A stretch of DNA of 63,761 nucleotides, filler included, from Octopus bimaculoides (taxonomy: Eukaryota), in NCBI RefSeq assembly GCF_001194135.2. It is 5 parts of 4 records of this genome, joined end to end, with 100 filler letters (N's around TTAATTAATTAA, not from the genome) between each part and the next. Parts side by side here need not be neighbours in the genome. Positions count along the whole stretch, not along the records: positions 1 to 20,690 come from NC_068983.1; 4 more parts are not named here. The stretch is one strand, 5' to 3'. This document shows, in pieces, positions 1 through 11,373 of the stretch. The position numbers and the translations under genes were made by a program. The notes below the pieces were generated by a model. The model worked only from the letters and a program-made list of their open reading frames with translations. It was not told the DNA's origin and made no database searches. The first letter of the stretch is position 1; each line of letters begins with the position of its first letter.

Positions 1-96
1 TATATATATATACACACATACATATACACATCGATAGATAGACAGACAAACAGGTAGATAGATAAATAGATAGATAGATAGATAGAAATATATATA
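1..96. repeat. Compound TA/CA/GATA microsatellite
   Basis: Simple repeats read directly. Confidence 0.9.
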
Positions 97-109
97 AGCT
101 TGCATGTAA

Positions 110-410
110 GTATTCTAAAGATAAAGGTCAACATTGGATATAGGGAATTCCAACCACGTTTAGTGGTTCGCTACCTCAACAACTCCTTTACAGGATCCAG
201 TGGCTAAAGACATCATCAAGAGGAACCATGTCTGGTTTCAGCCCCAACTCCTCTACCGTTTTCAACATGCTGGGGCCCCTTCTTTCGGAGGTGTCTTCAG
301 CTCTGGTGTTGAGTGCATTTTTTCTTCCTCCTTTTTTCTTTTGTTCCCTGATTTCTTCGATGCAGTGTCAATGAATGTCAGTAGGTGAATGACAATCCTG
401 CCAAGTCTCC
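110..410 (-). mobile_element. Probable decayed 3' end of a non-LTR retrotransposon
   Basis: A minus frame reads ETWQDCHSPTDIH*HCIEEIREQ...MLKTVEELGLKPDMVPLDDVFSHWIL*, followed by an AACCAC-taaac-GTGGTT hairpin and then microsatellite. This resembles a LINE C-terminus plus 3'UTR, but the family is not identified. Confidence 0.3.
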
Positions 411-424
411 CTGTATATATTATA

Positions 425-590
425 AAGGGCAGTTGTTGCTGCGTTGTTAAAAAGCTTGCTTCTCTGGTATGTGGTTTTGAGTACAGTTCCTCTGCACAAC
501 ATCTTCAGAAAGTATTTTCTAATATAGCCCTGGGCTGATCAAAGCTTTGCAAGTGGATTTGATAAATGGAAACTGAAAGAGACCTAATAT
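425..590 (+). mobile_element. SINE family B (tRNA head + CORE-like domain, OR2-like), diverged 5' part
   Basis: Aligns by eye to other copies in the window (aagcttgcttc...aagtggattt...ggaaactgaaaga). Confidence 0.75.
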
Positions 591-594
591 ATAC

Positions 595-805
595 ATCAAA
601 ACGGTAACGGATCCCATAAAATTCAAATGTTTACTGGACAAATTTCTTCAAAAAATCCCAGACCAACCTCCTACACCTGGATATGTCTCCAACAATAATA
701 ACTCTTCGCTAGAGTTCCCCATATACGACTAAAAGACTTCACCAGGTGATGCTATTAAGTTAGACATGGCCTGGGCCTATACTGGCCGAAACCTCTCAAA
801 GTTAT
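595..805 (+). mobile_element. CR1-clade LINE 3' end (ORF2 C-terminus + 3'UTR)
   Basis: 595-732 translates IKTVTDPIKFKCLLDKFLQKIPDQPPTPGYVSNNNNSSLEFPIYD*, the FKxxLDKFLxxIPDQP motif typical of CR1-like RT C-termini. Confidence 0.75.
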
Positions 806-859
806 ATATCTATACATATGTATTTGTGTATTTGTGTGTACCCTTGAGCAGACGTCATG

Positions 860-1137
860 TGATAGTTGTAAATGAGCATCATCGTTACAGAAGTGGGGTT
901 GTTTATTTTCTGTTTGTCATAAAAAAAAACATGTCTAACTATGAGAGAAACAGGTGATGGTTTGCAACAGGAAGAGCATCCAGCTTCAGAAGATCTGTCT
1001 CAATAAACACTGTCTGACCAATGTAAACATGGAAAAGTGGACATTAAAATGATGATGACGATGATGATGATGATGATGATGAAGAAGATGATGACAAAGA
1101 TGACAATGACGATGACGATGATGACGATGATGATGAT
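860..1137 (+). mobile_element. Non-autonomous element ending in an RTE-type 3' tail with (GAT/GAC)n
   Basis: ggaagagcatccagc...catggaaaagtggacattaaaatgatgatg resembles the tails at 2090-2241 and 4410-4571. Confidence 0.6.
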
Positions 1138-1475
1138 ACATCACAAATAACATTTTTTTAAATTTGGTATGGAGTAAGGAGCTATGTCTATGGCATTTAC
1201 AGGATTTAGGGGATCAAAACTAATCCAGATAATGAAATTAATAATGTAGATAATGAGGTTAATAAATAGTCCAGATAATTAGCTGAATGTTTCATATAAT
1301 AATAAAGTTGCTGTTCAGAATAATCTTCTAATTCTGATGAAAGGAAATTAACTCTGGAAAAAAAAATGACCGAAAAAAATCATAATTTTGGTTAGAAAAA
1401 ATTTTAATGGAAAAAAATAAGATGTTGCATTTCATTTAAATATCATAAATAATAATTAAGATAATTATAAAAATA

Positions 1476-1855
1476 GGCACAGGCATGCTATGTGGTTAAA
1501 AAACTTGCTTTTCAGTTTTGTGGTTTCAGGTTCATTCCCACTGCACAGCACCTTGAACAAGTGTCTTCTATTATAGCCACTGACTGACCAATGCCTTGTG
1601 AGTGAATTAGATAGATGGAGACTGTGTGGAAGCCTTTCATGTATGTACATGTCTATGGTTATCCCCCCCACTAACTTGATAACTGGAGTTGGTTTGTTTA
1701 CATACCTGTAACTTAGTGGTTTATCAAAAAAGAATGACAGAATTAGTTCCAGACTTGAAAAATAAGTACTGGATGGAGTCAATCTGTTCAGCTAAAACCC
1801 TTCAAGGTGGTGCCCCAGCATGGTCACAGTCCAATGACTGAAAGAAGCAAAAGAA
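1476..1855 (+). mobile_element. SINE family B, full-length diverged copy
   Basis: tRNA-like head, CORE-like caccttgaacaagtgtcttc, and 3' tail ggtggtgccccagcatggtcacagtccaatgactgaaa. Confidence 0.85.
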
Positions 1856-1868
1856 ATATATTTGAAGC

Positions 1869-1904
<36 letters not shown>

Positions 1905-1905
<1 letters not shown>

Positions 1906-2241
1906 TGGCACTTGTGTCGGTGGCACGTGAACAAAACATTCGAGCAAGGTCGTTGCCAGTGCCGCTGGACTGACTCTTGTGCAGGTGGCACGTAAAAAAC
2001 ACCATTTGTGCGTGACCGCTGCCAGTACTGCCGGATTGGCCCTCGTGCCGGTGGCACGTAAAAGCACCCACTACACTCTCGGAGTGGTTGGCATTAGGAA
2101 GGGTATCCAGCTGTAGAAACTCTGCCAAATCAGATTGAAGCTTGGTGCAGCCATCTGGTTCGCCAGTCCTCAGTCAAATCGTCCAACCCATGCTAGCATG
2201 GAAAGCGGACGTTAAACGATGATGATGATGATGATGATGAT
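1905..2241 (+). mobile_element. RTE-tail element with ~65-bp internal tandem repeats
   Basis: GGTGGCACGT recurs at 1919, 1984 and 2050. The distal ~170 bp matches the RTE 3'UTR at 4390-4571 and ends gcggacgttaaac(gat)n. Confidence 0.8.
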
Positions 2242-2279
2242 ATATATACATATTGCTTTCAAATTTTGTAACTTCAAGG

Positions 2280-2457
2280 AAGGAGCTGAGCCGATTACAT
2301 CGACCCTGCCATACTCAGCTGGTACTTATTTTATTGACTCCGAAAGAATGAACAGCGAAGTCAATACTGGCAGCATTTGAACTCAGAATGTAAAGTCGCA
2401 AAGAATACTATTAAGCATTTTGTCCGGTGTGGTAATGATTTTGCCATCTTGCCCCCT
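2280..2457 (-). mobile_element. SINE family A, diverged
   Basis: Reverse complement of the family A core (ctggtacttattttattgactccgaaagaatgaa...atttgaactcagaatg). Confidence 0.8.
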
Positions 2458-2675
2458 TAATTCATCCTCCTCCTCCTCCTCCTCCTCATCATCATCATTT
2501 AACATCTATTTTCCATGCTGGCAAGGTTGTATAAAAAAAAGTCTCTAGTATGAGTAAGGTTTGAACCTGTACAGACATTTGCTGATTGAAACTTAAGTTT
2601 CACATTTTAACCACTCAGTTATATTGTGTCCGAACAGCTGGTTATTAGTATTACCATGCATAATTGAATTCATAT

Positions 2676-2865
2676 ACTCTCTTTTACTCTTTTACTTGTT
2701 TCAGTCATTTGACTGCGGCCATGCTGGAGCACCGCCTTTAGTCGAGAAAATCGACCCCAGGACTTATTCTTTTTGCCGAACCGCTAAGTTACGGGGACGT
2801 AAACACACCAGCATCGGTTGTCAAGCGATGGTGGTGGGGGGACAAGCACAGACACACAAACACAC
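2676..2865 (-). mobile_element. SINE family B 3' tail
   Basis: ttgtttcagtcatttgactgcggccatgctggagcaccgcc...ccgctaagttacggggacgtaaacacacc; runs into a gap. Confidence 0.85.
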
Positions 2866-3959
2866 NNNNNNNNNNNNNNNNNNNNNNNNNNNNNNNNNNN
2901 NNNNNNNNNNNNNNNNNNNNNNNNNNNNNNNNNNNNNNNNNNNNNNNNNNNNNNNNNNNNNNNNNNNNNNNNNNNNNNNNNNNNNNNNNNNNNNNNNNNN
3001 NNNNNNNNNNNNNNNNNNNNNNNNNNNNNNNNNNNNNNNNNNNNNNNNNNNNNNNNNNNNNNNNNNNNNNNNNNNNNNNNNNNNNNNNNNNNNNNNNNNN
3101 NNNNNNNNNNNNNNNNNNNNNNNNNNNNNNNNNNNNNNNNNNNNNNNNNNNNNNNNNNNNNNNNNNNNNNNNNNNNNNNNNNNNNNNNNNNNNNNNNNNN
3201 NNNNNNNNNNNNNNNNNNNNNNNNNNNNNNNNNNNNNNNNNNNNNNNNNNNNNNNNNNNNNNNNNNNNNNNNNNNNNNNNNNNNNNNNNNNNNNNNNNNN
3301 NNNNNNNNNNNNNNNNNNNNNNNNNNNNNNNNNNNNNNNNNNNNNNNNNNNNNNNNNNNNNNNNNNNNNNNNNNNNNNNNNNNNNNNNNNNNNNNNNNNN
3401 NNNNNNNNNNNNNNNNNNNNNNNNNNNNNNNNNNNNNNNNNNNNNNNNNNNNNNNNNNNNNNNNNNNNNNNNNNNNNNNNNNNNNNNNNNNNNNNNNNNN
3501 NNNNNNNNNNNNNNNNNNNNNNNNNNNNNNNNNNNNNNNNNNNNNNNNNNNNNNNNNNNNNNNNNNNNNNNNNNNNNNNNNNNNNNNNNNNNNNNNNNNN
3601 NNNNNNNNNNNNNNNNNNNNNNNNNNNNNNNNNNNNNNNNNNNNNNNNNNNNNNNNNNNNNNNNNNNNNNNNNNNNNNNNNNNNNNNNNNNNNNNNNNNN
3701 NNNNNNNNNNNNNNNNNNNNNNNNNNNNNNNNNNNNNNNNNNNNNNNNNNNNNNNNNNNNNNNNNNNNNNNNNNNNNNNNNNNNNNNNNNNNNNNNNNNN
3801 NNNNNNNNNNNNNNNNNNNNNNNNNNNNNNNNNNNNNNNNNNCAGTGTCAGCTATAGTCTATATATATATATATACGTAAAGAATAAAAAGTTTAGAATG
3901 GTATAATAATGCACTATAGAATAAAAAATGGACTATATACCTGTTGTAATTTGGTTATC

Positions 3960-4008
3960 TATAGTCCGATGATATATCGGAATTACAATTCCTTCTTCAG
4001 ATCTTCTT
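3960..4008 (-). ncRNA. Decayed PLE-type hammerhead ribozyme motif
   Basis: Minus strand: CTGAAGA-A-GGAATT-gt-AATTCC-GATA (GAAA mutated)-TATCATC. Stem I is not recoverable. Confidence 0.4.
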
Positions 4009-4094
4009 TGCTAGAGTCTCTGCTTTATATATATATATATATATATATCTGGCGGTGTCGGCCATAGTCTATATATATATATATATATATATAT

Positions 4095-4571
4095 AGGAAG
4101 ACCTGGGATGAGGTGGTGAAGCACGACCTTCGAACATTAGGCCTCACCGAGGCAATGACTAGTGACCGAGACCTTTGGAAATATGCTGTGCATGAGAAGA
4201 CCTGGCAGGCCAAGTGAGACGCTAACCGTGGCCTATGCCAGTGCAGCATAACTGACCCATTTAAGAGTACCCTTTAATCATTGGGCAATAAACTGCACTT
4301 GCGAAGACCTGTTGAGTCAAGTGAAGTCATTGGCGTGGCCGATGACAGTACCACCTGATTGGCACCCATACCAATGGCACATAAAAAGCACTCTCCGAGT
4401 GATTGGCATTAGGAAAGGCATCCAATTGTAGAAACTCTGCCAGATCAGATTGGTGCCTGGTACAGGCTTGTGGCTTGCAAGCCCTCAGTCAAACCGTCCA
4501 ACTCATATCAGCATGGAAAGCGGACGTTAAACGACGACGACGACGACGATTACGACGACGCCGATTACGAC
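4095..4571 (+). mobile_element. 5'-truncated RTE LINE (ORF2 end + 3'UTR + (GAC)n tail)
   Basis: 4095-4195 is near-identical to 59338-59433 of the long RTE (RKTWDEVVKHDLRTLGLTEAMTSDRDLWKYAV); ends gcggacgttaaacgacgacgac. Confidence 0.9.
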
Positions 4572-4581
4572 NNNNNNNNNN

Positions 4582-4641
<60 letters not shown>

Positions 4642-5130
4642 GCACACACGCACACATACACATACATGCATAATACATACATACATACATGCATACAGTA
4701 TCATGCAATTCTTGCTCGTATGTAAAAACCTTGTAAAAGAAATAATACATTTTAAAGAATTGCTTTGATATAATGGTAGAACGTCTGTCATGTTTATAAC
4801 GAACGTGGATACACCACCCAGCTGCTGATGCTCCTGGAAATTACGCCGTCGCCCTTCCATCAAGTCCCCAATTTCGCGTTCCCTTCACCAACAACACCAT
4901 CACTCCGAAGCACCATCGTTTGGAACTTCTGTCTACTTTAATTTGGCCCTACCTCTTTCCACATCTCCTTTGGACACCTCCCATCAGACGCGACTGCAAT
5001 CTGTGTGGCCTTGTCGTTGTTATTTCATCGACGGCTTCATACAGCTTCGATCCTTCATATAAGGTTGTCATAGAACAAAACAACTGCAGTCTCAACATCA
5101 ATAACACCGTGCTTTCTTTTTAAAAAAATA

Positions 5131-5315
5131 CGGTGAGCTGGCAGAATCGTTAGCACGCTGAGTAAAGCGTTTAGTGACATTTTCGTTCGTCTTTACGTTC
5201 TGAATTCAAATGCCACCGAGGTCGACTTTCACTTTCATCCATTCGCTTTCGATAAAATAAGTACCAGTTAAGCCCTGGGGTTGATGTTATCGACTTATCC
5301 TTCCCCTAAAATTAC
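5131..5315 (+). mobile_element. SINE family A
   Basis: ggtgagctggcagaatcgttagcacg head; gtcgactttcactttcatcc...gataaaataagtaccag core. Confidence 0.85.
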
Positions 5316-5692
5316 TAGGCTTCTGATAAAATACGAAACTATTGATTTCTTTTAACTCTAAGTGTTACAAAGCAATCGTAATTCCACCGTTTTCTCGACT
5401 TCCTTCTGTTCAAATCATTCCCCACCATCACCACGATCACACATATCGGTTTTAGGAACTATTCTCAGAGCTTTCAGAATTAATCCACGTTGTTTAATCT
5501 TCCGTGTTACCGATTGTATAATCCTTTATTTAGTTGCAGAGATTTTCATTTATTGATTGATTTGGGAAATCTATTTTAGTAAAAATTCAGGAATTTCAAC
5601 TAATGTTTCAACCATTCCATTAAATTCGGAATGCTTAGAATTTCATTTTACAATTTTTCTATAAAATTCTTCAAGTTATCTACATTGGATTT

Positions 5693-6050
5693 CCCATACA
5701 TACATACATACATACATACATTACATACATTACATACATATATTACATACATACATGCATTACATACATACATTACATACATACATGCATTACATACATA
5801 CATATATACATACACACATAGATCTATACATACATACACTATACATACATACATTACATACATACATACATACACACATACATACATACATTACATATAT
5901 TCATACATACATACATTACACACATATATACATACATACATTATATACATTCATACATACATACATACATACCTGCATCCATACATACATTCATGCAAAC
6001 ATACATACATACATACATACATACATACATACGTACATACATACATACAT
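5693..6050. repeat. Long degenerate (TACA)n / (TACAT)n microsatellite
   Basis: Read directly; source of the spurious HTYI ORFs. Confidence 0.95.
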
Positions 6051-6148
6051 ATCAAGACAGTAATATTGACATAAAGTGCAGCCTCTCTTGGACTCGTGAC
6101 CGAAGGCCTTGGCGAGGCGAGTTGAGTTTAACCATAGGCGCGGTGTGA

Positions 6149-6195
6149 GCCACTGATGAGCATTAAAGGCAATGTGAAATCATCGATAATCTGGC
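6149..6195 (+). ncRNA. Type I hammerhead ribozyme motif (no adjacent PLE ORF)
   Basis: Stem I GCCA(6149-52)/TGGC(6192-95); core CTGATGA (6153-59); stem II GCATT/AATGT; GAAA (6176-79); near-palindromic stem III ATCATCGATAAT; predicted AUC cleavage after 6191. Confidence 0.65.
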
Positions 6196-6344
6196 GATGC
6201 CTGTTGCTGTAGGAAGCTTGCCTCTTTTGTCAGTCATTAAGACAATACTTTGACTCTTATTTCTAGCAATACAGGTGGTGTGTACTTTAGTAACGTCTAT
6301 ATATATATATATGTATATATATATATACATATNNNNNNNNNNAA

Positions 6345-6387
<43 letters not shown>

Positions 6388-6768
6388 TGGACGGTCTATA
6401 ATGTTACTCTGAGCAGCGTTTCTTTAGGCCCTAGACTTAGGATTCTGAAGAAATGCTGTAAAGCTAAGCGCTTTATAGACGTGAGGCCCAGGGTAACCCT
6501 ATAGACGGGCCATATCTGTCTTTTCCTATATACATTTCTGCTCTATAACTTAGATAGTGCTTCGTTTCTGTATTTATGATTTACAAAAGATATAAAACAT
6601 GTAAAATAATGTAATTTTCTAAAATGCGTGGGTTATGCAAATTTGAAAGAAGAGTACTTTGCGTTCATATTCGAAATAAGTTATAAATAGCTATTTAAAT
6701 TCTATTTAAAATTTACTCCTGCTTTTCATCTGTTTTTACCTTGATTGAAATTGTTTGTTATAAAGTTC

Positions 6769-6822
<54 letters not shown>

Positions 6823-6905
6823 GTCTGTATGTATGTATGTGCGTGTGTGTATATATATATATGTATGTGTGTATGTGTGTGTGTGTATGTATACACAGAC
6901 ATGAT

Positions 6906-6937
<32 letters not shown>

Positions 6938-7084
6938 ATAGATGTGTGTGTGTGTGTACGTGTGTGTTTATATACTCTCTATCCATCTCTCCCTCCGTCC
7001 ATCCACCCATCCATCCACCAATCCATTCATACATACATAAATACATACATACATACATACATATATACATACATATAATTACAT

Positions 7085-7510
7085 ATTAACAGGCCGAAAT
7101 CACGTGACACGACAGTTTCGCCATCAGGGCTTGACATTTCTTTCACGGCGCTTCTATTATACACCCACGTGAAGGACGATATAAAGGTTACCATTCTGTA
7201 GTAATACTGCCTCTCTCCCTTATATTTAATTTCTAGTCGGTTTCCGACAGTTAGCGACACCAGTGACTGAATAGTCACTGGCTCTCTAAATATCAGTGGA
7301 GCAGGAATTTGACTAGCAGGCGATGTTAGCCGATATCTGTTCCTGATGAGGCGCAACTCATCCCGAAATTACCTGATACGATAGTTCTGCACGGTGCTCG
7401 ACATTTCTCGTATGCTCCCAATAACGCTATGTATTTATACATTACGACTGACTTTCTCGGAGTTAATATTGTAGTAATACGGCGCTCCAATGATACATCT
7501 ACGCTAAAGT
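7085..7510. repeat. Unclassified CpG-richer interspersed element between microsatellites
   Basis: Composition shift with sharp microsatellite borders; contains hammerhead-like remnants (CTGATGAG...CGAAA near 7343-7368). Confidence 0.35.
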
Positions 7511-7706
7511 TGCCATGCATGTACGTACGTACGTACGTACCTACATACAAACACACACATACATATATACACACACATCCATATACATATAGATATACTT
7601 ATATCTCTCTTGCTTTCTTTTCTTCTTTCTCTCTCTCCCTCTTCCTCTTTCTCTCTCCCTCTCTCACTCTCTCTCGCTCTATATATATATATACATAGAT
7701 AGATAA

Positions 7707-8065
7707 GCGCAGGCGTAGCTTTCTGGTAAGAAGCCTACTTCTCTACCACATGGTTCCGAGTTCAATCCCACTGTTTGGTACATTTCGCAAGTGTCTTCAA
7801 CTGTTAGCTCGTGTCGACCAAAGCCTTGTGAGTGAATCTGGTAGACGGAAACTGAAAGAAACTCGTCGTACACATACACGCACACATATGCCTTTGTGTC
7901 TGTGTTTGCCCCCCGCCACCGCTTGATAACCGGCGTGGGTGTGTTTATGTCCCCGTAACTTTGTGGTTCAGGCTTGCAAGAAATAAGTACTATGTCGATT
8001 CAGTCGACTAAAAGTTCGTTAAAGCGGAGCCCCAGCTTGTCACAGTCTAATGACTGAAACAAGTC
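7707..8065 (+). mobile_element. SINE family B, full-length
   Basis: Head gcgcaggcgtagct, CORE-like middle, short internal CA/TA tract, tail ending tgactgaaacaagt. Confidence 0.85.
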
Positions 8066-8067
8066 AC

Positions 8068-8105
<38 letters not shown>

Positions 8106-8796
8106 NNNNNNNNNNNNNNNNNNNNNNNNNNNNNNNNNNNNNNNNNNNNNNNNNNNNNNNNNNNNNNNNNNNNNNNNNNNNNNNNNNNNNNNNNNNNNNN
8201 NNNNNNNNNNNNNNNNNNNNNNNNNNNNNNNNNNNNNNNNNNNNNNNNNNNNNNNNNNNNNNNNNNNNNNNNNNNNNNNNNNNNNNNNNNNNNNNNNNNN
8301 NNNNNNNNNNNNNNNNNNNNNNNNNNNNNNNNNNNNNNNNNNNNNNNNNNNNNNNNNNNNNNNNNNNNNNNNNNNNNNNNNNNNNNNNNNNNNNNNNNNN
8401 NNNNNNNNNNNNNNNNNNNNNNNNNNNNNNNNNNNNNNNNNNNNNNNNNNNNNNNNNNNNNNNNNNNNNNNNNNNNNNNNNNNNNNNNNNNNNNNNNNNN
8501 NNNNNNNNNNNNNNNNNNNNNNNNNNNNNNNNNNNNNNNNNNNNNNNNNNNNNNNNNNNNNNNNNNNNNNNNNNNNNNNNNNNNNNNNNNNNNNNNNNNN
8601 NNNNNNNNNNNNNNNNNNNNNNNNNNNNNNNNNNNNNNNNNNNNNNNNNNNNNNNNNNNNNNNNNNNNNNNNNNNNNNNNNNNNNNNNNNNNNNNNNNNN
8701 NNNNNNNNNNNNNNNNNNNNNNNNNNNNNNNNNNNNNNNNNNNNNNNNNNNNNNNNNNNNNNNNNNNNNNNNNNNNNNNNNNNNNNNNNNNNNNNN

Positions 8797-8846
<50 letters not shown>

Positions 8847-9030
8847 CACACACACAAAACAAAATAAAAAATGGAGCAAGAACGTAACTGGTGACAACAT
8901 TCGGACAGTTAGACGATATAAAAAAGGACAGGAAGAACAAGGACGGGTCATTCGGAGTTTTCAATCTTCAGTCGAGTACCAGATCGTCTTTGCAGTTTCG
9001 GATAGATAGATAGATAGATAGATAGATAGG

Positions 9031-9074
<44 letters not shown>

Positions 9075-9431
9075 AAGGCATAAATAAACAGGCAGGCAGA
9101 CAGACAGTAAACGGATAGCTAGCTATCTAGCTAGATAGACAGATACATATATAGCTTTTCTCTAAGTTATTATACGTCTTAATGTACGCAGCGTACACTG
9201 TAACACAAGCCTTGAAGGTCAAAGGAGAAAAAAATAATAAATAAATAATTAAAATATAAAATAAGAAAGAAAGAAAAAGGAAAAATCAATAGCTTTGCGT
9301 CATAAAAAAGGTTATGTACGAGCGCATGCGCATGGCTAGATTTTGTCAAAATTGCCCCTCGTTTTCCAATTTACGCTTTTATCTTGCAGCTGTGGAACAT
9401 ACATGCATAGGAAGACATCGGTGACATTATA

Positions 9432-9610
9432 GCGGTCGATTAATAGAGTTGTTGGAGCGTTGGAGAAACTGCTTAGTGCTTTTACTTCCGGCTCTTTGTT
9501 CTCTGAGTTAAAATCATAACCGATGCCGACTTTATCATTCGTCGTTTCGGGGACATAAAAGTAAGAACCAGTAAAAAACGTGGGTCGATAGATAGTTCTT
9601 TCCCTCCTTC
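9432..9610 (+). mobile_element. SINE family A, highly diverged
   Basis: ttggagcgttggagaaactgcttagtg...ctgagttaaaat...ttcggggacataaaagtaagaaccag. Confidence 0.55.
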
Positions 9611-10045
9611 CCTCCCTTCCACACTCCACCACCCCCTTTCTTTCTGGAAGACATCGATTATGTTAAGACTGAAAGGAGATGAGCTCCACCAAGTTTAAGA
9701 TTCCCCCAAACACATCCTATGTCAGGATGGCGCCTCAAAGACTCCCCTTCTCGTTAGTTCAATAAAATTCATTTTGTCGAACAAACCATTATTAAGTATT
9801 AAATATTTATTCATTCTCAGTCTTGTTTGAGTTTATTCTTAGTGGATGGACATAGCGTCTTTGATGTTGTCACTCCTCGGTATGTATACACACACACACA
9901 CACACACATACACACACACACACACGCCCGCCCGCACACGCACACACTCACACTCACATTCACACGCACGCACACAAGCACACGCTTATACATACACTCA
10001 TACACTTCGATTGTATGGAGTTTATACTATTCATAATACTACTAA

Positions 10046-10716
10046 GACGGCGAGCTGGCAGAAACGTTAGCACGCCGGACGAAATGCTTAACGGTATTTC
10101 GTCTACCGTTACGTTCTGAGGTCAAATTCCGCCGAGGTCGACTTTGACTTTCATCCTTTCGGGGTCGATAAATAAAGTACCAGTTACGCACTGGGGTCGA
10201 TGTAATCGACTTAATCCCTTAATCCCTNNNNNNNNNNNNNNNNNNNNNNNNNNNNNNNNNNNNNNNNNNNNNNNNNNNNNNNNNNNNNNNNNNNNNNNNN
10301 NNNNNNNNNNNNNNNNNNNNNNNNNNNNNNNNNNNNNNNNNNNNNNNNNNNNNNNNNNNNNNNNNNNNNNNNNNNNNNNNNNNNNNNNNNNNNNNNNNNN
10401 NNNNNNNNNNNNNNNNNNNNNNNNNNNNNNNNNNNNNNNNNNNNNNNNNACTTTCATCCTTTCGGGGTCGATAAATAAAGTACCAGTTACGCACTGGGGT
10501 CGATGTAATCGACTTAATCCGTTTGTCTGTCCTTGTTTGTCCCCTCTGTGTGTAGCCCCTTGTGGGCAGTAAAGAAATAGGTATTTCGTCTGCCGTTACG
10601 TTCTGAGTTCAAATTCCGCCGAGGTCGACTTTGACTTTCATCCTTTCGGGGTCGATAAATAAAGTACCAGTTACGCACTGGGGTCGATGTAATCGACTTA
10701 ATCCCTTAATCCCTTA
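10046..10716 (+). mobile_element. SINE family A, tandem array of three young units spanning a gap
   Basis: Near-identical cores at 10046-10227, 10450-10520 and 10581-10716; tail-B linker at 10521-10580. Confidence 0.9.
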
Positions 10717-11197
10717 ATACCAACAATCCAACACCCTGCCATCATCAGCTTCCCCATGGATATCACTATAGTTTCGACACCTAGGCGGTACCATTCAATC
10801 CGGTGGTGCCAACAACACTTATTTTAGTGTTGTTTGGGAACAAACATACTTTAGATATCACCACATTCATTCAATCTTAATTCTAGGAAGGATTATACAA
10901 ATTAATACATATCCATTTACCTAATTACTTTATCGTTATAATCCAACGTAAGCATACATACGAGTAGCCTGTCAACGGGGAACGAAGTCCATACTGTATC
11001 AAAGTGTAGTATGATATATATGAAATGGATGTCTTATAAAACTATTCCGCACATACAATAACAGCCATACCTAATTACCTAATCCTTATAATCCAACGTA
11101 ATCACACAGACTAGGGGCCAACGACGGGCTTCACTCACTTTCCGTCTAACAAATCCACTCACAAGTCTTTGGTCAGCCCAAGATGCCACGCAAGTGT

Positions 11198-11329
11198 GGT
11201 TGTGTCGTAAGAAGCTTGCTTACCAACCACATGGTTCTGGATTCAGTCCCACTGCGTGGCACCTTAGGCAGATGGATTTGGTAGACAGAAACTGAAAGAA
11301 GCCCGTTGTATATTTATATATATATATGA

Positions 11330-11373
<44 letters not shown>

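Noticed and set aside
270-305. Minus-strand CTGAAGA-cacctcc-GAAA
   Set aside because: No stem II, stem III or cleavage triplet; chance match.
262-410. Possible host terminal exon on the minus strand (RLGRIVIHLLTFIDTASKK...GAPAC*) after a CAG
   Set aside because: Weak acceptor, no recognisable protein, no partner exon found; another frame looks more like a LINE C-terminus. RNA-seq would settle it.
1905-2070. CRISPR-like repeat-spacer array
   Set aside because: The 'spacers' are homologous to each other and the context is a eukaryotic retroelement; it is a minisatellite.
10740-10815. Minus-strand GAAACTATAGTG...CTGATGA hammerhead-like pieces
   Set aside because: Position 17 would be G, and stems I and II do not pair in either topology.
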